Source: Bifidobacterium longum subsp. longum JCM 1217
Lineage (GTDB): Bacteria > Actinomycetota > Actinomycetes > Actinomycetales > Bifidobacteriaceae
Assembly (NCBI RefSeq): GCF_000196555.1
Contig: NC_015067.1
Location: forward strand, 2,220,001-2,252,000
Length of the DNA: 32,000 nucleotides
Reading direction: 5' to 3'
In this document: in pieces, positions 22,913-32,000 of the stretch
Layout of the letters: the number at the start of each line of letters is the position of its first letter
How positions within the stretch are numbered: position 1 is the first letter of the stretch
Made by a program: the position numbers and the translations under genes
Notes under the pieces: model-generated
Database searches by the model: none
What the model saw: only the letters and a program-made list of their open reading frames with translations
Told to the model about the DNA's origin: nothing

Positions 22913-25900
22913 TCAGATACGGCGCTTGCGCCAGATGGTCAGGGCAATACCGGCGGCGGCGAGGACCACCACGGCACCAGCCACGCCGAAGACGGCGACA
23001 CCAGTGTCGGAGATGACGGCACCCGGCTTCTTGCCATCAGCGGAGACCTTCACGAGGGCCTTGCGGGCCTCGGTCAGGTGACGAATCGCATCCTGGACCT
23101 CGGTGGAGGTGGCGTTCTCCTTGGCGAGCACCTTCTTCGCTTGGGCCAGCGCATTGGCGTAGGCCTTCCACGAATCGGCGGTGTAATCGTCCTGGTTCAG
23201 CTTCTCGGCTTCGGCCTTGGCAATGGCGTCTTCGAGCTGCTTGAGCTCTTCCTCAGTGGCCAGATCGGGATCCGGAGTCGGCGTCTCGTCGGCAACGACC
23301 TTCACGGTGAACGTGGCGGTCTTGGTCGAATCGGCCACAGACTGCACGGTCACGGTCACCTTGTCGGAGGCCTTCGAGGAGTCGAAGCCGAGCAGCTCGT
23401 ACTCATCGGCGGCGAGCTCACGGGTGGTGGAGCCGCCGTTGCCATCGGCCACGGTCGCGGTGACGACCAGACCGGCAACGTCGAGCGCTTCACCAACCTT
23501 GTACTCGGCCTTGGCGGGCTGCGCGGTCACGGCGATGGAGAGGATCGTGCCTGCGGCCGGGTGCTCCGGCTCGGGCTGGCTCTCCTCCAACGCATTCTGC
23601 GCGTCGGTCAGGGCCTTGGCGGCGGCATCGACATCAGCCTGAGACAGGCCGGAGTCAAGGAAGGTCTGCTTGGCCGTCTTGGCTGCGGCGAGCGCATCCT
23701 CGAATGCCTTCCAGCTGGCCTCGGTGTAAGCAGAGCCATCGGTGCCGAGCTTGTCGGCCGCTTCAATCGCGCCATCAAGCGCCGTCGTATCGGCCATCTC
23801 AATGGACACGCCTTCGTCGGTCGGGTGAATGGTCTGCATCAGGCCGTCCGCGTCGAAGGTGATCTCGTCGATGGCGGTTTCACGGTGGTAGCCGAGGCCG
23901 GAGGTGAACACGCCGAGCGGCGTGTAGTGGCGATGGTAGGCCATGAGCCAACGGTCGTTGCCGTCCGCGTCGGTCACATGCACGTCGGACTGGTGCGCGG
24001 TACCTTGCAGGTTCTTGGAGGAATCCTTCTGCAGCAGCACACCCTTGTAGGTGATGGTGCCGTCGATGGAATCGGAGACGCCGTACCTCACATGGTAGTT
24101 CGGGGAGTTGGCGTCGTCGCACGACCAGGTCCAGTGGTACTTGCCGTCGCGGTAGGCGACGACCACGGACTCGCGGAAGCCGTTCAGACCGTTGAGCTTC
24201 TTCACCGTACCGGCCTTGATGCTCACCATGTCGTCGTTGAGTTCGGCGATGGCGGGCGAACCGTTGCCGTACAGGATGTACGACTTGCCGGTGTTCGGGT
24301 CGGTGAAGATGGACGGGTCGATGGCCTGTCCAACGGTGACGCCTTCCATCGTGCGAGTGACCAGCGGCTGATCGGCGGCCTTGAACGGACCGGCCGGGTT
24401 GTCGGCCACGGCCACGCCGATGGCGGATGTACCGTTCGGCAACTTCGCGCAGTAGTAGAAGTAGTACTTGCCGTTCTTCTTCTCGATGGTCGGCGCCCAC
24501 GCGGAGCCCACGGACCACGGGGAGATGGCGGTGTTCTCATCGCCATCGGTGGTCGGCTGGTGGTCCTTATTGACATCGAGGATCACGCCCTCGTCGGTCC
24601 AGTTCACCAAGTCGGTGGAGCTGAACGCATGGAAGTAGTTGCCGCTCCAGCCGGAGAAGCCGTCGGTGGTCGGGTAGATCCAGAACTTGCCGTCGAAGTA
24701 GTCGATGTCCGGGTCGGCGTACTGGCCGGGCAGTACCGGGTTGTTGCCCACGGTGACCTTCTTCAGCGTCCAGGTCTGCGGCGCACCGTCGCCCAAATCA
24801 ACGACCAAAGTACGGTCCTTAGCCAGGTCGGCCGTACCACCATTGGTGAACGCCTGACCATCAAGGGTGAGCTTGATGGAGTCGTCGCTACGGTTGACAG
24901 ACACCTTGACGGGCACCTTGGTCGCGCCGCCACGGCGGTTGAGCACGGTGGTGACGGTCTTCGTGGACCAGTCGAGGGTGGAACGGACCTGAGAGTGGTC
25001 GTCAGTGCCACGCAGCGAGTTCGGGTCAGACGGCACAGTGCCCACAGAAATACCCTGCAGAGCAATCGGGCTGGTCTTCTCGACCTCCTGAGCAGTGAGC
25101 GCGCGGTTCCACACGTTCACATTGTCGAACGAACCCTTGAAGTATGGGTCGTTGTAGAAGGACTTGCCCAAGTAGGCCAGCAGATCGTTACCCAAATCGG
25201 TGACCTTGTTCTTGGTCGCCTTGTTCTGAGCCACCTGCGCACCGTCAGAGTACACGGTCATCACGTTGTCGTCCAACGTGACCGTGACACGATGCCATGC
25301 GCCGTTGCCAGACAACGTAGCGTTAGCCGCGTCCTCCGCACCATACGAGTTGGTGGTGATGCGGCTGGCGAGCTCGCCGGAGTTGTTGTACTTCAGGAAG
25401 TAGTACTTGGTGGAGTTCTGGCCGAAAGCGAACGTGAACTGGTTTTTATTGATCTCCGACTTGACATCCATCTGCACAGTCAGCTTGTCACGGCCGTCGA
25501 ACAGGCCCTTCGGGAACTCGGCGTAGGTGCCGTCAGAGCCGTCGAGCTTAAGCACCTTGCCCTTGTCGGCATCCTCGGAGACCTTGGCGTTGCCGTTGAA
25601 GGTCAGGTCGTTGTTGTTCTCAGTGGTGTCGGTACCCTTGCTGTCTTCGAAGTCATACTCGGCAATCGGACCGGAGCCGTCCTCATCGGGAGTGACTGGC
25701 CCAGCGTCCTTGTTCTTGTCGAACACCTTCAGGATTGCGTTGTACTCGGTTTCGGTGACAGGCAGGATGGTGCCGTGACGCTTCTTCAGGGAACCGAAGT
25801 TCACATCAGAGGCAAAGCCCCAATCAGCCTTATCAGTGCTGCTTAAATCGGCAGAACGGTATGGGGTGTAACCCTTACCGGCTGCGTACTGGTCCCACAT

Positions 25901-27907
25901 CAGACCATAGAGCATCTTCTTGCCCGCATCACTGGCCTGCACGTCATCTTCATTGTAGAAGAACAGCTCCGGGCCTTCCAGCTGCGCACCGGTCAGACCG
26001 GTACCAGTCAGGTCTCCGAAGGTACCGACAAGCGTCCACCGGTTCGGATCACTGTCAGTGTTGTAGTAACCATTCGCGATTGTGTCACCAGTGGTGAGCG
26101 TTGTGGCATACGGATCCTTGCTACGCTCGATGCCGAGGTACGTGTCGCCGGAAACACGGTAGTAGTAACCGTCATCGGCCTTAATCATCGTGGTATCGAT
26201 AACGGACTTGACTCGGTCGATCCACTTGACAGGCGTTGTGAAGTTCACGAAATCACGCGTGGTGGAGTAGTACATGTTGGTGCGATCACCGGACTTGTTG
26301 TCGGAGTCGGATGCGGTGGCCCAGTACACCATGTACTGCTTGTTCACATCATCCCAGTGGGCTTCCGGAGCCCAAGCCATGCCGGCTCCCGGAATCTGAG
26401 AGGCAACGTCAACGGCGCGCGGTTCGCTCCAGTTGACGAAGTCATGCGACTCCCACACGATCAGGTTGGTGCTACCGGTGCTGGTGGCCGCGGCCGCGCC
26501 CCAACCGCCACGGTTGCGGATGCTCAGCTCGGTAGCGATGAGGTAGACAGTGTCGCCTTCCGGAGAGCGGACCAGATACGGGTCGCGCACGCCGTTGTCC
26601 TTGCCACGAGAGTTGCCGGTCTGGCTGTTGTTCCAGCTGAGTACCGGATCGCCGGACTCGCGGGTGTCATGCCAGCTCAGGCCATCCTTGCTGGTGGCGA
26701 AGTACATCTGCTCGTCGGTAGTGCTGCCTTCGGTGCCGGTGAAGTGCGCGAACAGATAGTCCGTGGTCTTCGGCTGTTCGACGGCGGCCTTGACGGTCAG
26801 CTCGAATTCCTTGGTTTCCGTGTTGCCGTCAGCATCGGTAATGGTGGCAGTGAGCGTCACCTTGGCGTCGGCCTTCTGGCGAGTGACGACGCCGGCTGCG
26901 ATGTCGCCATCTGCAGCATCAGTAATGACCTTGGCGTCGCTGGACTTCCATGTAATCGCGGAACCATTAACCGAACCCTTGGCTGGAAGTGTGATGTCGG
27001 AATACGCATCGGTGCTGCCGTTGTTGATGGTCAGCGCGTTAGCGTCGGCCTTGGCGGCATCGGACTTCGTGGAATCGTAGGCTTCCTTGATTTGCTCCGC
27101 AGTGTGCGCGGAGCCGTAAATATTCAGGTTGTCGAGTGCGCCGGTGTAGTACTCGCCGTTCACCCAGTTGGCCTTGCCGATCTGCAGCACGCCGCCGTCT
27201 GCGCCGAGAATATCGGTGAGCTGAGCGAAGCTCGCGCCATCAGCCGGGGCTACGGTTGCGGCCTGCTCACCGTCAATGTACAGCGTGGAAGCGGCCTTGT
27301 CGATGACCAAATCGACGTGACGCCACTGGCTGGCGAGACCATCCTTGCTCACATTGCCGGTGGTGTCGCGCTTACCAGCGTTGTTGTAACGCTCAACGTT
27401 CACCGAAGTGGTGCGATCCATCACGCCGAGGTAACGCTCTTGCTGATAGGTCTGCGCATTCGTATTCGGTGCCGCAAATACCGACCAGCCCTGATTGGTG
27501 CTGGCGGACTTGGAATCATACGAAATCGTGACCGCATCCAGGCCCTTGAGCACAGCCGAATCATCCGACTTAGTCACATTCAGCCAGAAGCCAGAACCGA
27601 GCTGAGCTGCGGTAGTGCCGTCTTTACTGGCAGTTACTGCGGCGGCACCGTTGATGGTTGCCTTGGTGCCGGTTGCCTCATCGGTGAAGGTACCAGTGGC
27701 ACTTGCCGTGACGTTGTTGAAGTCAAGGCTGGCAAGCAAATCACTGTCTGCCGATGCCTTGGCATTTGATTTCAGGGCTGCTGCCAGCGCCCGCTGTGCG
27801 GCCGATGAATCGGTGGTATCCGATTCAACCGCATTTGCTGCTGGCGCCAGCGCCATCAGCATCGGGACAGCTGCAAGAGCTGCCACCGCTTTCTTCCACT
27901 TACCCAT
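22913..27907 (-). CDS. 1664-aa membrane-anchored extracellular enzyme with two GH43 catalytic domains (alpha-L-arabinofuranosidase type). It also has two LamG modules, Ig-like and FIVAR-like repeats, and a C-terminal TM anchor.
   Basis: SD GAGGAG (27917..27912) precedes the ATG at 27907. The signal peptide is MGKWKKAVAALAAVPMLMALAPAANA. GH43 domain 1 spans about aa 383-725 (nt 26761..25733): DYLFAHFTG...MYFATSKDGLSW...VRDPYLV...HGTILPVTETEY. GH43 domain 2 spans about aa 1056-1365 (nt 24742..23813): NPVLPGQYADPDIDYFDGKFWIYPTTDG...WAPTIEKKNGKYYFYY...AIDPSIF. The C-terminus is VAVFGVAGAVVVLAAAGIALTIWRKRRI. Confidence 0.9.
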   Translation of the reverse strand: MGKWKKAVAALAAVPMLMALAPAANAVESDTTDSSAAQRALAAALKSNAKASADSDLLASLDFNNVTASATGTFTDEATGTKATINGAAAVTASKDGTTAAQLGSGFWLNVTKSDDSAVLKGLDAVTISYDSKSASTNQGWSVFAAPNTNAQTYQQERYLGVMDRTTSVNVERYNNAGKRDTTGNVSKDGLASQWRHVDLVIDKAASTLYIDGEQAATVAPADGASFAQLTDILGADGGVLQIGKANWVNGEYYTGALDNLNIYGSAHTAEQIKEAYDSTKSDAAKADANALTINNGSTDAYSDITLPAKGSVNGSAITWKSSDAKVITDAADGDIAAGVVTRQKADAKVTLTATITDADGNTETKEFELTVKAAVEQPKTTDYLFAHFTGTEGSTTDEQMYFATSKDGLSWHDTRESGDPVLSWNNSQTGNSRGKDNGVRDPYLVRSPEGDTVYLIATELSIRNRGGWGAAAATSTGSTNLIVWESHDFVNWSEPRAVDVASQIPGAGMAWAPEAHWDDVNKQYMVYWATASDSDNKSGDRTNMYYSTTRDFVNFTTPVKWIDRVKSVIDTTMIKADDGYYYRVSGDTYLGIERSKDPYATTLTTGDTIANGYYNTDSDPNRWTLVGTFGDLTGTGLTGAQLEGPELFFYNEDDVQASDAGKKMLYGLMWDQYAAGKGYTPYRSADLSSTDKADWGFASDVNFGSLKKRHGTILPVTETEYNAILKVFDKNKDAGPVTPDEDGSGPIAEYDFEDSKGTDTTENNNDLTFNGNAKVSEDADKGKVLKLDGSDGTYAEFPKGLFDGRDKLTVQMDVKSEINKNQFTFAFGQNSTKYYFLKYNNSGELASRITTNSYGAEDAANATLSGNGAWHRVTVTLDDNVMTVYSDGAQVAQNKATKNKVTDLGNDLLAYLGKSFYNDPYFKGSFDNVNVWNRALTAQEVEKTSPIALQGISVGTVPSDPNSLRGTDDHSQVRSTLDWSTKTVTTVLNRRGGATKVPVKVSVNRSDDSIKLTLDGQAFTNGGTADLAKDRTLVVDLGDGAPQTWTLKKVTVGNNPVLPGQYADPDIDYFDGKFWIYPTTDGFSGWSGNYFHAFSSTDLVNWTDEGVILDVNKDHQPTTDGDENTAISPWSVGSAWAPTIEKKNGKYYFYYCAKLPNGTSAIGVAVADNPAGPFKAADQPLVTRTMEGVTVGQAIDPSIFTDPNTGKSYILYGNGSPAIAELNDDMVSIKAGTVKKLNGLNGFRESVVVAYRDGKYHWTWSCDDANSPNYHVRYGVSDSIDGTITYKGVLLQKDSSKNLQGTAHQSDVHVTDADGNDRWLMAYHRHYTPLGVFTSGLGYHRETAIDEITFDADGLMQTIHPTDEGVSIEMADTTALDGAIEAADKLGTDGSAYTEASWKAFEDALAAAKTAKQTFLDSGLSQADVDAAAKALTDAQNALEESQPEPEHPAAGTILSIAVTAQPAKAEYKVGEALDVAGLVVTATVADGNGGSTTRELAADEYELLGFDSSKASDKVTVTVQSVADSTKTATFTVKVVADETPTPDPDLATEEELKQLEDAIAKAEAEKLNQDDYTADSWKAYANALAQAKKVLAKENATSTEVQDAIRHLTEARKALVKVSADGKKPGAVISDTGVAVFGVAGAVVVLAAAGIALTIWRKRRI

Positions 27908-27981
27908 ATGTCTCCTCTGATTGTGGGTTTTGGTTTTGTGTTCAGTTATGGATTGAAGATTGAAGTTATGGTGATACTAGG

Positions 27982-28022
27982 TGCTCCCTCTCCGTCCGCC
28001 AGAAGCCGACTGAGAGGGAGCA
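27982..28022. terminator. Stem-loop downstream of the third glycosidase gene; possible terminator
   Basis: 11-bp perfect arms TGCTCCCTCTC (27982..27992) / GAGAGGGAGCA (28012..28022) with a 19-nt loop. There is no clear U-tail on the minus strand (TTT on the plus side only), so confidence is modest. Confidence 0.4.
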
Positions 28023-28033
28023 TTTGGATCCGC

Positions 28034-31000
28034 TCAGGCGCGACGCTTGCGCCAGATAGTGAGAGAGATGCCGGCAACGGCGAGCACAACCACGGCACCA
28101 CCAAGGCCGAGCACGGCGGCACCAGAGGACGGCAGACCGGAGTCTGCTCCCGTACCAGCGTTACCGTTATCGCTGCCTGCACCATCGCCGGAACCGTCGC
28201 CCGAACCGGGCTTACCGGGCTCGGTCTTGGCACTCACGGTCACCACGAACGACGTGGTGAGCTGATCGTTGGCCTTGAGCGTGACGGTGACGGTCTTGGT
28301 GCCCACAGCGGACATGTCCACGTCGCCGACCGTGTAGTCGGCGGCATCGAGCGTCTTCACCGTGCCGTCCGACATCGTCGCCTCGATCACAAGACCATCG
28401 GCGGAGAACTGCTCGCCCACCGTGTACTTGGTCTTTGTCGGCTCGCTCTTGACGCGGATGCCGGTGATGGACGGCTCAACCGGCGTATCGGGCTCGCCGA
28501 CGGTCACCGTAATGGTCACCGTGCGGTTGGCCGGAGCAACCTCCTGATCCTTGGTCAGCGACATGTCGAGCATGCCGTTGGCGCGCACGTTCACGGCCTT
28601 GGCCCACGTATTGCGGTCCTGATCGAACAGGCCACCCGCTGCGGAACCGGAGTGAATTTCCGGGTAGGGGCGTGCGTGGTAGGCCATGACGATGTTGCCG
28701 GCCTCATCATGTGCAAGCGAGATGTGGCCGGGGCCGGCCTGCTTGCGCTCGTACGAGGCCTCATCCGCACCGTAGGCACCGGTGTAGGTGTCGTTGGTGT
28801 CGAACGACGGGAAGTCGGCCGTGGTCCAGCTCGACAGATCCTGCAGGTCGGCATTCTTGGCGGCACGCATCACGTTGGTGTTGTAATACTTATCCACCGT
28901 GGCACCCGCATAGGCAATGTAGACGTAGTCGCCATGTTCGAACATGAACGGTGCCTCTACGATTGCCTGATCAGAACCTTCAGAGTTGTCTCCGGGGGTA
29001 GGCGCATACTTGCCGTACTCGAACTGCTGGCTGGCCTGATAGATGTGCTCAAGGCTGCCATCCACCAGCGGAGTGACGCCATCGCCCATCTTTGCCTTGG
29101 CAAGGTACAGGCCTGCGCTCTTCGGGAAGAGCCAGTAGCCCTGGGCCTTGCCGTTCTCCTCGCGCTCGAAGTACGTCACGTCGAATGCGGCGCCTTCCAG
29201 CACGGTCGGCTCGCCCCAGTTTTCGGCCTCGAGGAATCCGCCATCCTTGATGGACCGCTCGTCGCCGGTGTACGGGATGAGGATGGTGTTGTTGCACCAG
29301 CCACCGTTCGTGGACGAGGCACCCCTGTGGAAGCCGGCCACAATCCACCACTTGCCGTTAATCTTGTGGAACTCCTGGGCCCAAATGAACGCGCTCCAAC
29401 CGTAGAACGAGTTGGGGTACTGGTCTTCGTGGCCCGGAGTGCCGTTCTCCGGCTTGATGATGATGTGTTCCTCAGCATCCTTCAGACCGTTGATGGTCTT
29501 GGCGCGCTTGAGGCCGATGGAACGGTAGCTGTCCTTCTGGTTGTTGGTCGAATCAGTGGACTTTACCTCATAGGTGGAACCGGTGAGGTAGTAGTAGCCA
29601 TCGTCTTCGTTGTAGAAGATGTCCGGATCGGCGCGAGCGTCGTTGTACATGGCCTCGGTGGTCTGCTGAACAGTGCCCTTGACCTCATACGTGCCGGCCT
29701 TTGAGGTGTCCACGGCGGCCAGATCATCGGCGTTCCAGTCGACGTTGAAGGTCTTCGTGGAGCCGTCGTTGTAGGTCATTGTGGCCTGCGTTCCGGAAAC
29801 CGCTGCGGTGACGTCCTCGGCGGAAGCACCGTTCTCCACGGTTGCGCCGCCCAGAGCTTTAACGCCGGTGTTCTGCAGATCGACATAGTTCTTGTAGAAC
29901 GCATCGAATTCAGAGGAGCTCACAGCGAATGCGCGGGTCTGGCCTTCGCCGGCCCATGCGGGCAGACCTTCGGTCACGTCGCCCACACCCATCGCAACCG
30001 CGTCGGCCTTGAGCGTCTCGCCGACCGTTGCCTTGGCAGTCAGGTCGGAGAGCGTGGCCATACGGCCTTCGCCGCTCAGGCCATCGGTCCAGAAGACCTT
30101 GTAGCCCTTGGAGGCGGCATCATAGACGATGCGCGGGTTGGTGACCATGGAGCTGTCGGTCACGGTGATGGCGCGCTCGTTGGTGAACGTGGCACCGTCG
30201 CCCTTGCCATCCCACACGTAAATCGCACCGGTGGCGTTGTTCTGCGAGGAAACCACACCAAGGGTACCGTCCTTCGCACGGAAGAAAGCGGGCGAGCCCA
30301 TCTGCGCATTCGGCTTGGCAGACTGCGAGCCGTCCCACTTGACCGACAGAATCGACTGCGAACGGTTCAGGGTCTCCCATTTGCTGCCATCGGCGGCCTT
30401 GGCGGCCACGTACAGCGAGTCGGCGCGACGATCGTCGTTGTAGGCGAGCGGGTCGTACTTGGCACCGTTCTGGTCGGAGCGATCGACATCCTTGACGTAG
30501 GAAGCGATTTCGCCGCCGTTGTTGAGGATTTCGGATTCGGCGGTGATGGCCTTATCCACGCCGTCGATGGTGGCGGTGAGCTTGACCTTCACGGCCTTCT
30601 CGCCGGACTTCGGCTGCGTGACCTTGCCGTCTGCGGCTACGAGCTTCGCACCGTCGCCGGTCGCGGACCAAGTAACCGTCTTGCCCAGCACAGTGCTCGG
30701 CAGGTCGCCGGTGATTTGCGCCGGGATGGCGAGCGCGGCGGCGTAGTCGGTCTTCGCGCTTTCCACGCCAAGCTCGTCGTCGCTCAGGGCCTTGCCCCAG
30801 ATCTTGAAGTTGTCGAGCAGACCGGAGAAGTACTCGCCGTTGCTCCAGTTGGCCTTGCCGATCTGCAGCACGCCGCCATCAGCACCGAGGATGTCGGCGA
30901 GCTTCTGGCCGTTGTTGTTCACGGCTACCAGCTTGGAGTCGATGTACAGCTTGGCGGTTGCGCCGGAAATCACGATATCGACGTGCTTCCAGTCGGCGTT

Positions 31001-32000
31001 CGTCTTGGTGTATGAGACGTTGCCGGAGGAATCGCGCTTGCCGTCGTTGTTGTTGTAGCGTTCGACGGTAATACCGGTGGTCTTGTCGAGCACGCCGACG
31101 TAGTGTTCCTTGCCGTACTCCTGCTTGGTGGCGTTGGAGGCGGCGAAGAAGGTCCAGCCAGTGTTGTTGGAGGCATCGGGCTTGACGTCGTAGCTGATGG
31201 TCACGTCGTTCTTGCCCTTGAGCAGAGCGTCGCCGTTCTTGGCGGTGACGTTGAGCCAGAAGTTCTTGCTGAGCTTCGCGGCCTTGCCGTCCTTGCCGTC
31301 GGCGAGCGTGGCGGTGCCCTGCGTGGTGCCCGTCGCGTTGCCGCCGTCAAAGGTCTTATCGCCATCATCGAACGTGAAGTCGGCAAGCAGATCCGGGTCG
31401 GTCGGCTCGGTTTCGCCGGTCACGGTCACCTTAGCGGTCACGGTGATGGCGGTGGAGCTGTATAGCGTGCGGTTCTTGTTGGCGGTTTCATTGTCCACAA
31501 AGCCACCGGTCTGCTTCCAGCTGTTGTTCGCGTTCGCACCGGAGTTGATGAGGTCGTCCTCGTCGGTCTTCGACTCGCCGGCGGCGTTCGTCCACTTCCA
31601 ATGGTTCTCGTTGGCACCGATGGTGTCGACCGTGCCGGTGACGGTGTATTCGCCGGGCTTGGAGGTGTCGACGTTGGAAACGTCCCACGTCACGTCGCGC
31701 TTGGCAGTGCCGTAACCGTTGGCAAGAGTGACCTGCTGCGTCTTCGGCAGCTTGGCAGTGATGTCCGTATCGGCAGCACCCTTATCCACCGTCACATCCT
31801 CGGCCTTCAGGTCGGCGTTGTCGGAAGCCTTGGCGTCAGCCGCGCGGATCGCGTCGTACTGGGCCTTGGTGAGCGAGACCACGCCACCGTGCTTGGTGTT
31901 GGCGGTGAGGAAGTAATCGTCGGCCTTCAGGACGCTCCACGGATTCTCGGAATCGAGGTTGTCGGCTTCGAGTAGGTTGTAGCCGTAGCGGGCACCGGAG
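28034..32000 (-). CDS. Multidomain membrane-anchored GH43-family glycosidase, 5'-partial (N-terminus off the right edge). Domain order: tail of one GH43 domain, Ig-like, LamG, Ig-like, unassigned ~150-aa module, Ig-like, complete GH43 domain, Ig-like, G/S/D linker, TM anchor.
   Basis: The track start (GTG 31882) is internal. Hand translation upstream stays open to nt 32000 (...SGARYGYNLLEADNLDSENPWSVLKADDYFLTANTKHGGVVSLTKAQYDAI), and this stretch parallels the end of GH43 domain 1 of the neighbour (KKRHGTILPVTETEYNAI). The complete GH43 domain maps to about nt 29650..28560 (RADPDIFYNEDDGYYYLTG ... IWAQEFHKINGKWW ... IVEAPFMFEHGDYVYIAY ... GPGHISL...AYHAR). The C-terminus is LPSSGAAVLGLGGAVVVLAVAGISLTIWRKRRA. 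Confidence 0.9.
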   Translation of the reverse strand, partial: SGARYGYNLLEADNLDSENPWSVLKADDYFLTANTKHGGVVSLTKAQYDAIRAADAKASDNADLKAEDVTVDKGAADTDITAKLPKTQQVTLANGYGTAKRDVTWDVSNVDTSKPGEYTVTGTVDTIGANENHWKWTNAAGESKTDEDDLINSGANANNSWKQTGGFVDNETANKNRTLYSSTAITVTAKVTVTGETEPTDPDLLADFTFDDGDKTFDGGNATGTTQGTATLADGKDGKAAKLSKNFWLNVTAKNGDALLKGKNDVTISYDVKPDASNNTGWTFFAASNATKQEYGKEHYVGVLDKTTGITVERYNNNDGKRDSSGNVSYTKTNADWKHVDIVISGATAKLYIDSKLVAVNNNGQKLADILGADGGVLQIGKANWSNGEYFSGLLDNFKIWGKALSDDELGVESAKTDYAAALAIPAQITGDLPSTVLGKTVTWSATGDGAKLVAADGKVTQPKSGEKAVKVKLTATIDGVDKAITAESEILNNGGEIASYVKDVDRSDQNGAKYDPLAYNDDRRADSLYVAAKAADGSKWETLNRSQSILSVKWDGSQSAKPNAQMGSPAFFRAKDGTLGVVSSQNNATGAIYVWDGKGDGATFTNERAITVTDSSMVTNPRIVYDAASKGYKVFWTDGLSGEGRMATLSDLTAKATVGETLKADAVAMGVGDVTEGLPAWAGEGQTRAFAVSSSEFDAFYKNYVDLQNTGVKALGGATVENGASAEDVTAAVSGTQATMTYNDGSTKTFNVDWNADDLAAVDTSKAGTYEVKGTVQQTTEAMYNDARADPDIFYNEDDGYYYLTGSTYEVKSTDSTNNQKDSYRSIGLKRAKTINGLKDAEEHIIIKPENGTPGHEDQYPNSFYGWSAFIWAQEFHKINGKWWIVAGFHRGASSTNGGWCNNTILIPYTGDERSIKDGGFLEAENWGEPTVLEGAAFDVTYFEREENGKAQGYWLFPKSAGLYLAKAKMGDGVTPLVDGSLEHIYQASQQFEYGKYAPTPGDNSEGSDQAIVEAPFMFEHGDYVYIAYAGATVDKYYNTNVMRAAKNADLQDLSSWTTADFPSFDTNDTYTGAYGADEASYERKQAGPGHISLAHDEAGNIVMAYHARPYPEIHSGSAAGGLFDQDRNTWAKAVNVRANGMLDMSLTKDQEVAPANRTVTITVTVGEPDTPVEPSITGIRVKSEPTKTKYTVGEQFSADGLVIEATMSDGTVKTLDAADYTVGDVDMSAVGTKTVTVTLKANDQLTTSFVVTVSAKTEPGKPGSGDGSGDGAGSDNGNAGTGADSGLPSSGAAVLGLGGAVVVLAVAGISLTIWRKRRA

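Noticed and set aside
15163-28150. Canonical LPXTG sortase signals on the three glycosidases
   Set aside because: The motifs present are ANTG, SDTG and LPSSG, and none is a canonical LPXTG. I therefore call them only a C-terminal TM anchor with a sorting-signal-like layout.
23078-29704. Plus-strand ORFs 23078..25846 (922 aa), 26357..27769 (470 aa) and 27908..29704 (598 aa)
   Set aside because: All three are antisense shadow frames of the GH43 genes, with the same G/V/R-rich composition. 27908..29704 would also run through the intergenic terminator region.
31880-31882. GTG at 31882 as the start of the third glycosidase (track: 1282 aa)
   Set aside because: There is no signal peptide after it, and the reading frame stays open upstream to nt 32000. 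The upstream residues resemble the end of a GH43 domain, so the gene is 5'-truncated by the window.
1-32000. Mobile elements, prophage, toxin-antitoxin or restriction-modification genes
   Set aside because: No transposase, integrase, phage structural or methyltransferase-like motifs were seen in any sizeable ORF. The only hints of horizontal acquisition are the low-GC AlbA_2-family genes.

Overview
GC-rich (about 60% by eye) actinobacterial chromosome segment. The gene content looks like a Bifidobacterium (B. longum-group-like) plant-glycan utilisation locus; this is inferred from gene content only, with no database search.

Gene order, left to right:
(1) 1..4299(-): a secreted GH30-like multidomain galactanase. 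It is absent from the ORF track because its stop codon lies off-window. I translated it by hand and the frame stays open for all 1433 codons.
(2) 4603..6129(-): a visibly lower-GC orphan AlbA_2 / HATPase_c_4 / wHTH protein. Upstream of it is an AT-rich array (6128..6314) of nine copies of a 10-bp motif, six of them phased at 21 bp, plus a perfect palindrome with 14-bp arms.
(3) An APC-family amino-acid permease (-).
(4) A MacB/FtsX-type ABC pair (-): a 1253-aa permease with a long coiled-coil ectodomain, plus its ATPase, divergent from a TetR gene (+).
(5) A second APC permease (+).
(6) Three giant membrane-anchored glycosidases on the minus strand:
- a 1984-aa GH127/GH146-type beta-L-arabinofuranosidase-like protein with the Glu-x-Cys...Cys-Cys motif intact;
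- a 1664-aa protein with two GH43 catalytic domains;
- a GH43 protein of more than 1322 aa whose 5' end runs off the right edge (the track start at 31882 is not the real start).
An N-terminally truncated second AlbA_2-family paralog (21705..22808,+) sits between the first two glycosidases.

A 45-47-bp palindromic A6/T6-flanked element (TTGCAAAAAACTCTCACTGA...TCAGTGAGAGTTTTTTGCAA) occurs three times as a bidirectional terminator. I recognised no rRNA, tRNA, CRISPR, transposase or phage genes.

The least-explained signal is the iteron/palindrome array coupled to the AlbA_2-family gene. The glycosidase array is biologically rich but probably corresponds to arabinan / arabinogalactan-degrading enzymes of a kind already described in bifidobacteria. 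All family calls rest on motif recognition by eye and need HMM/BLAST confirmation.
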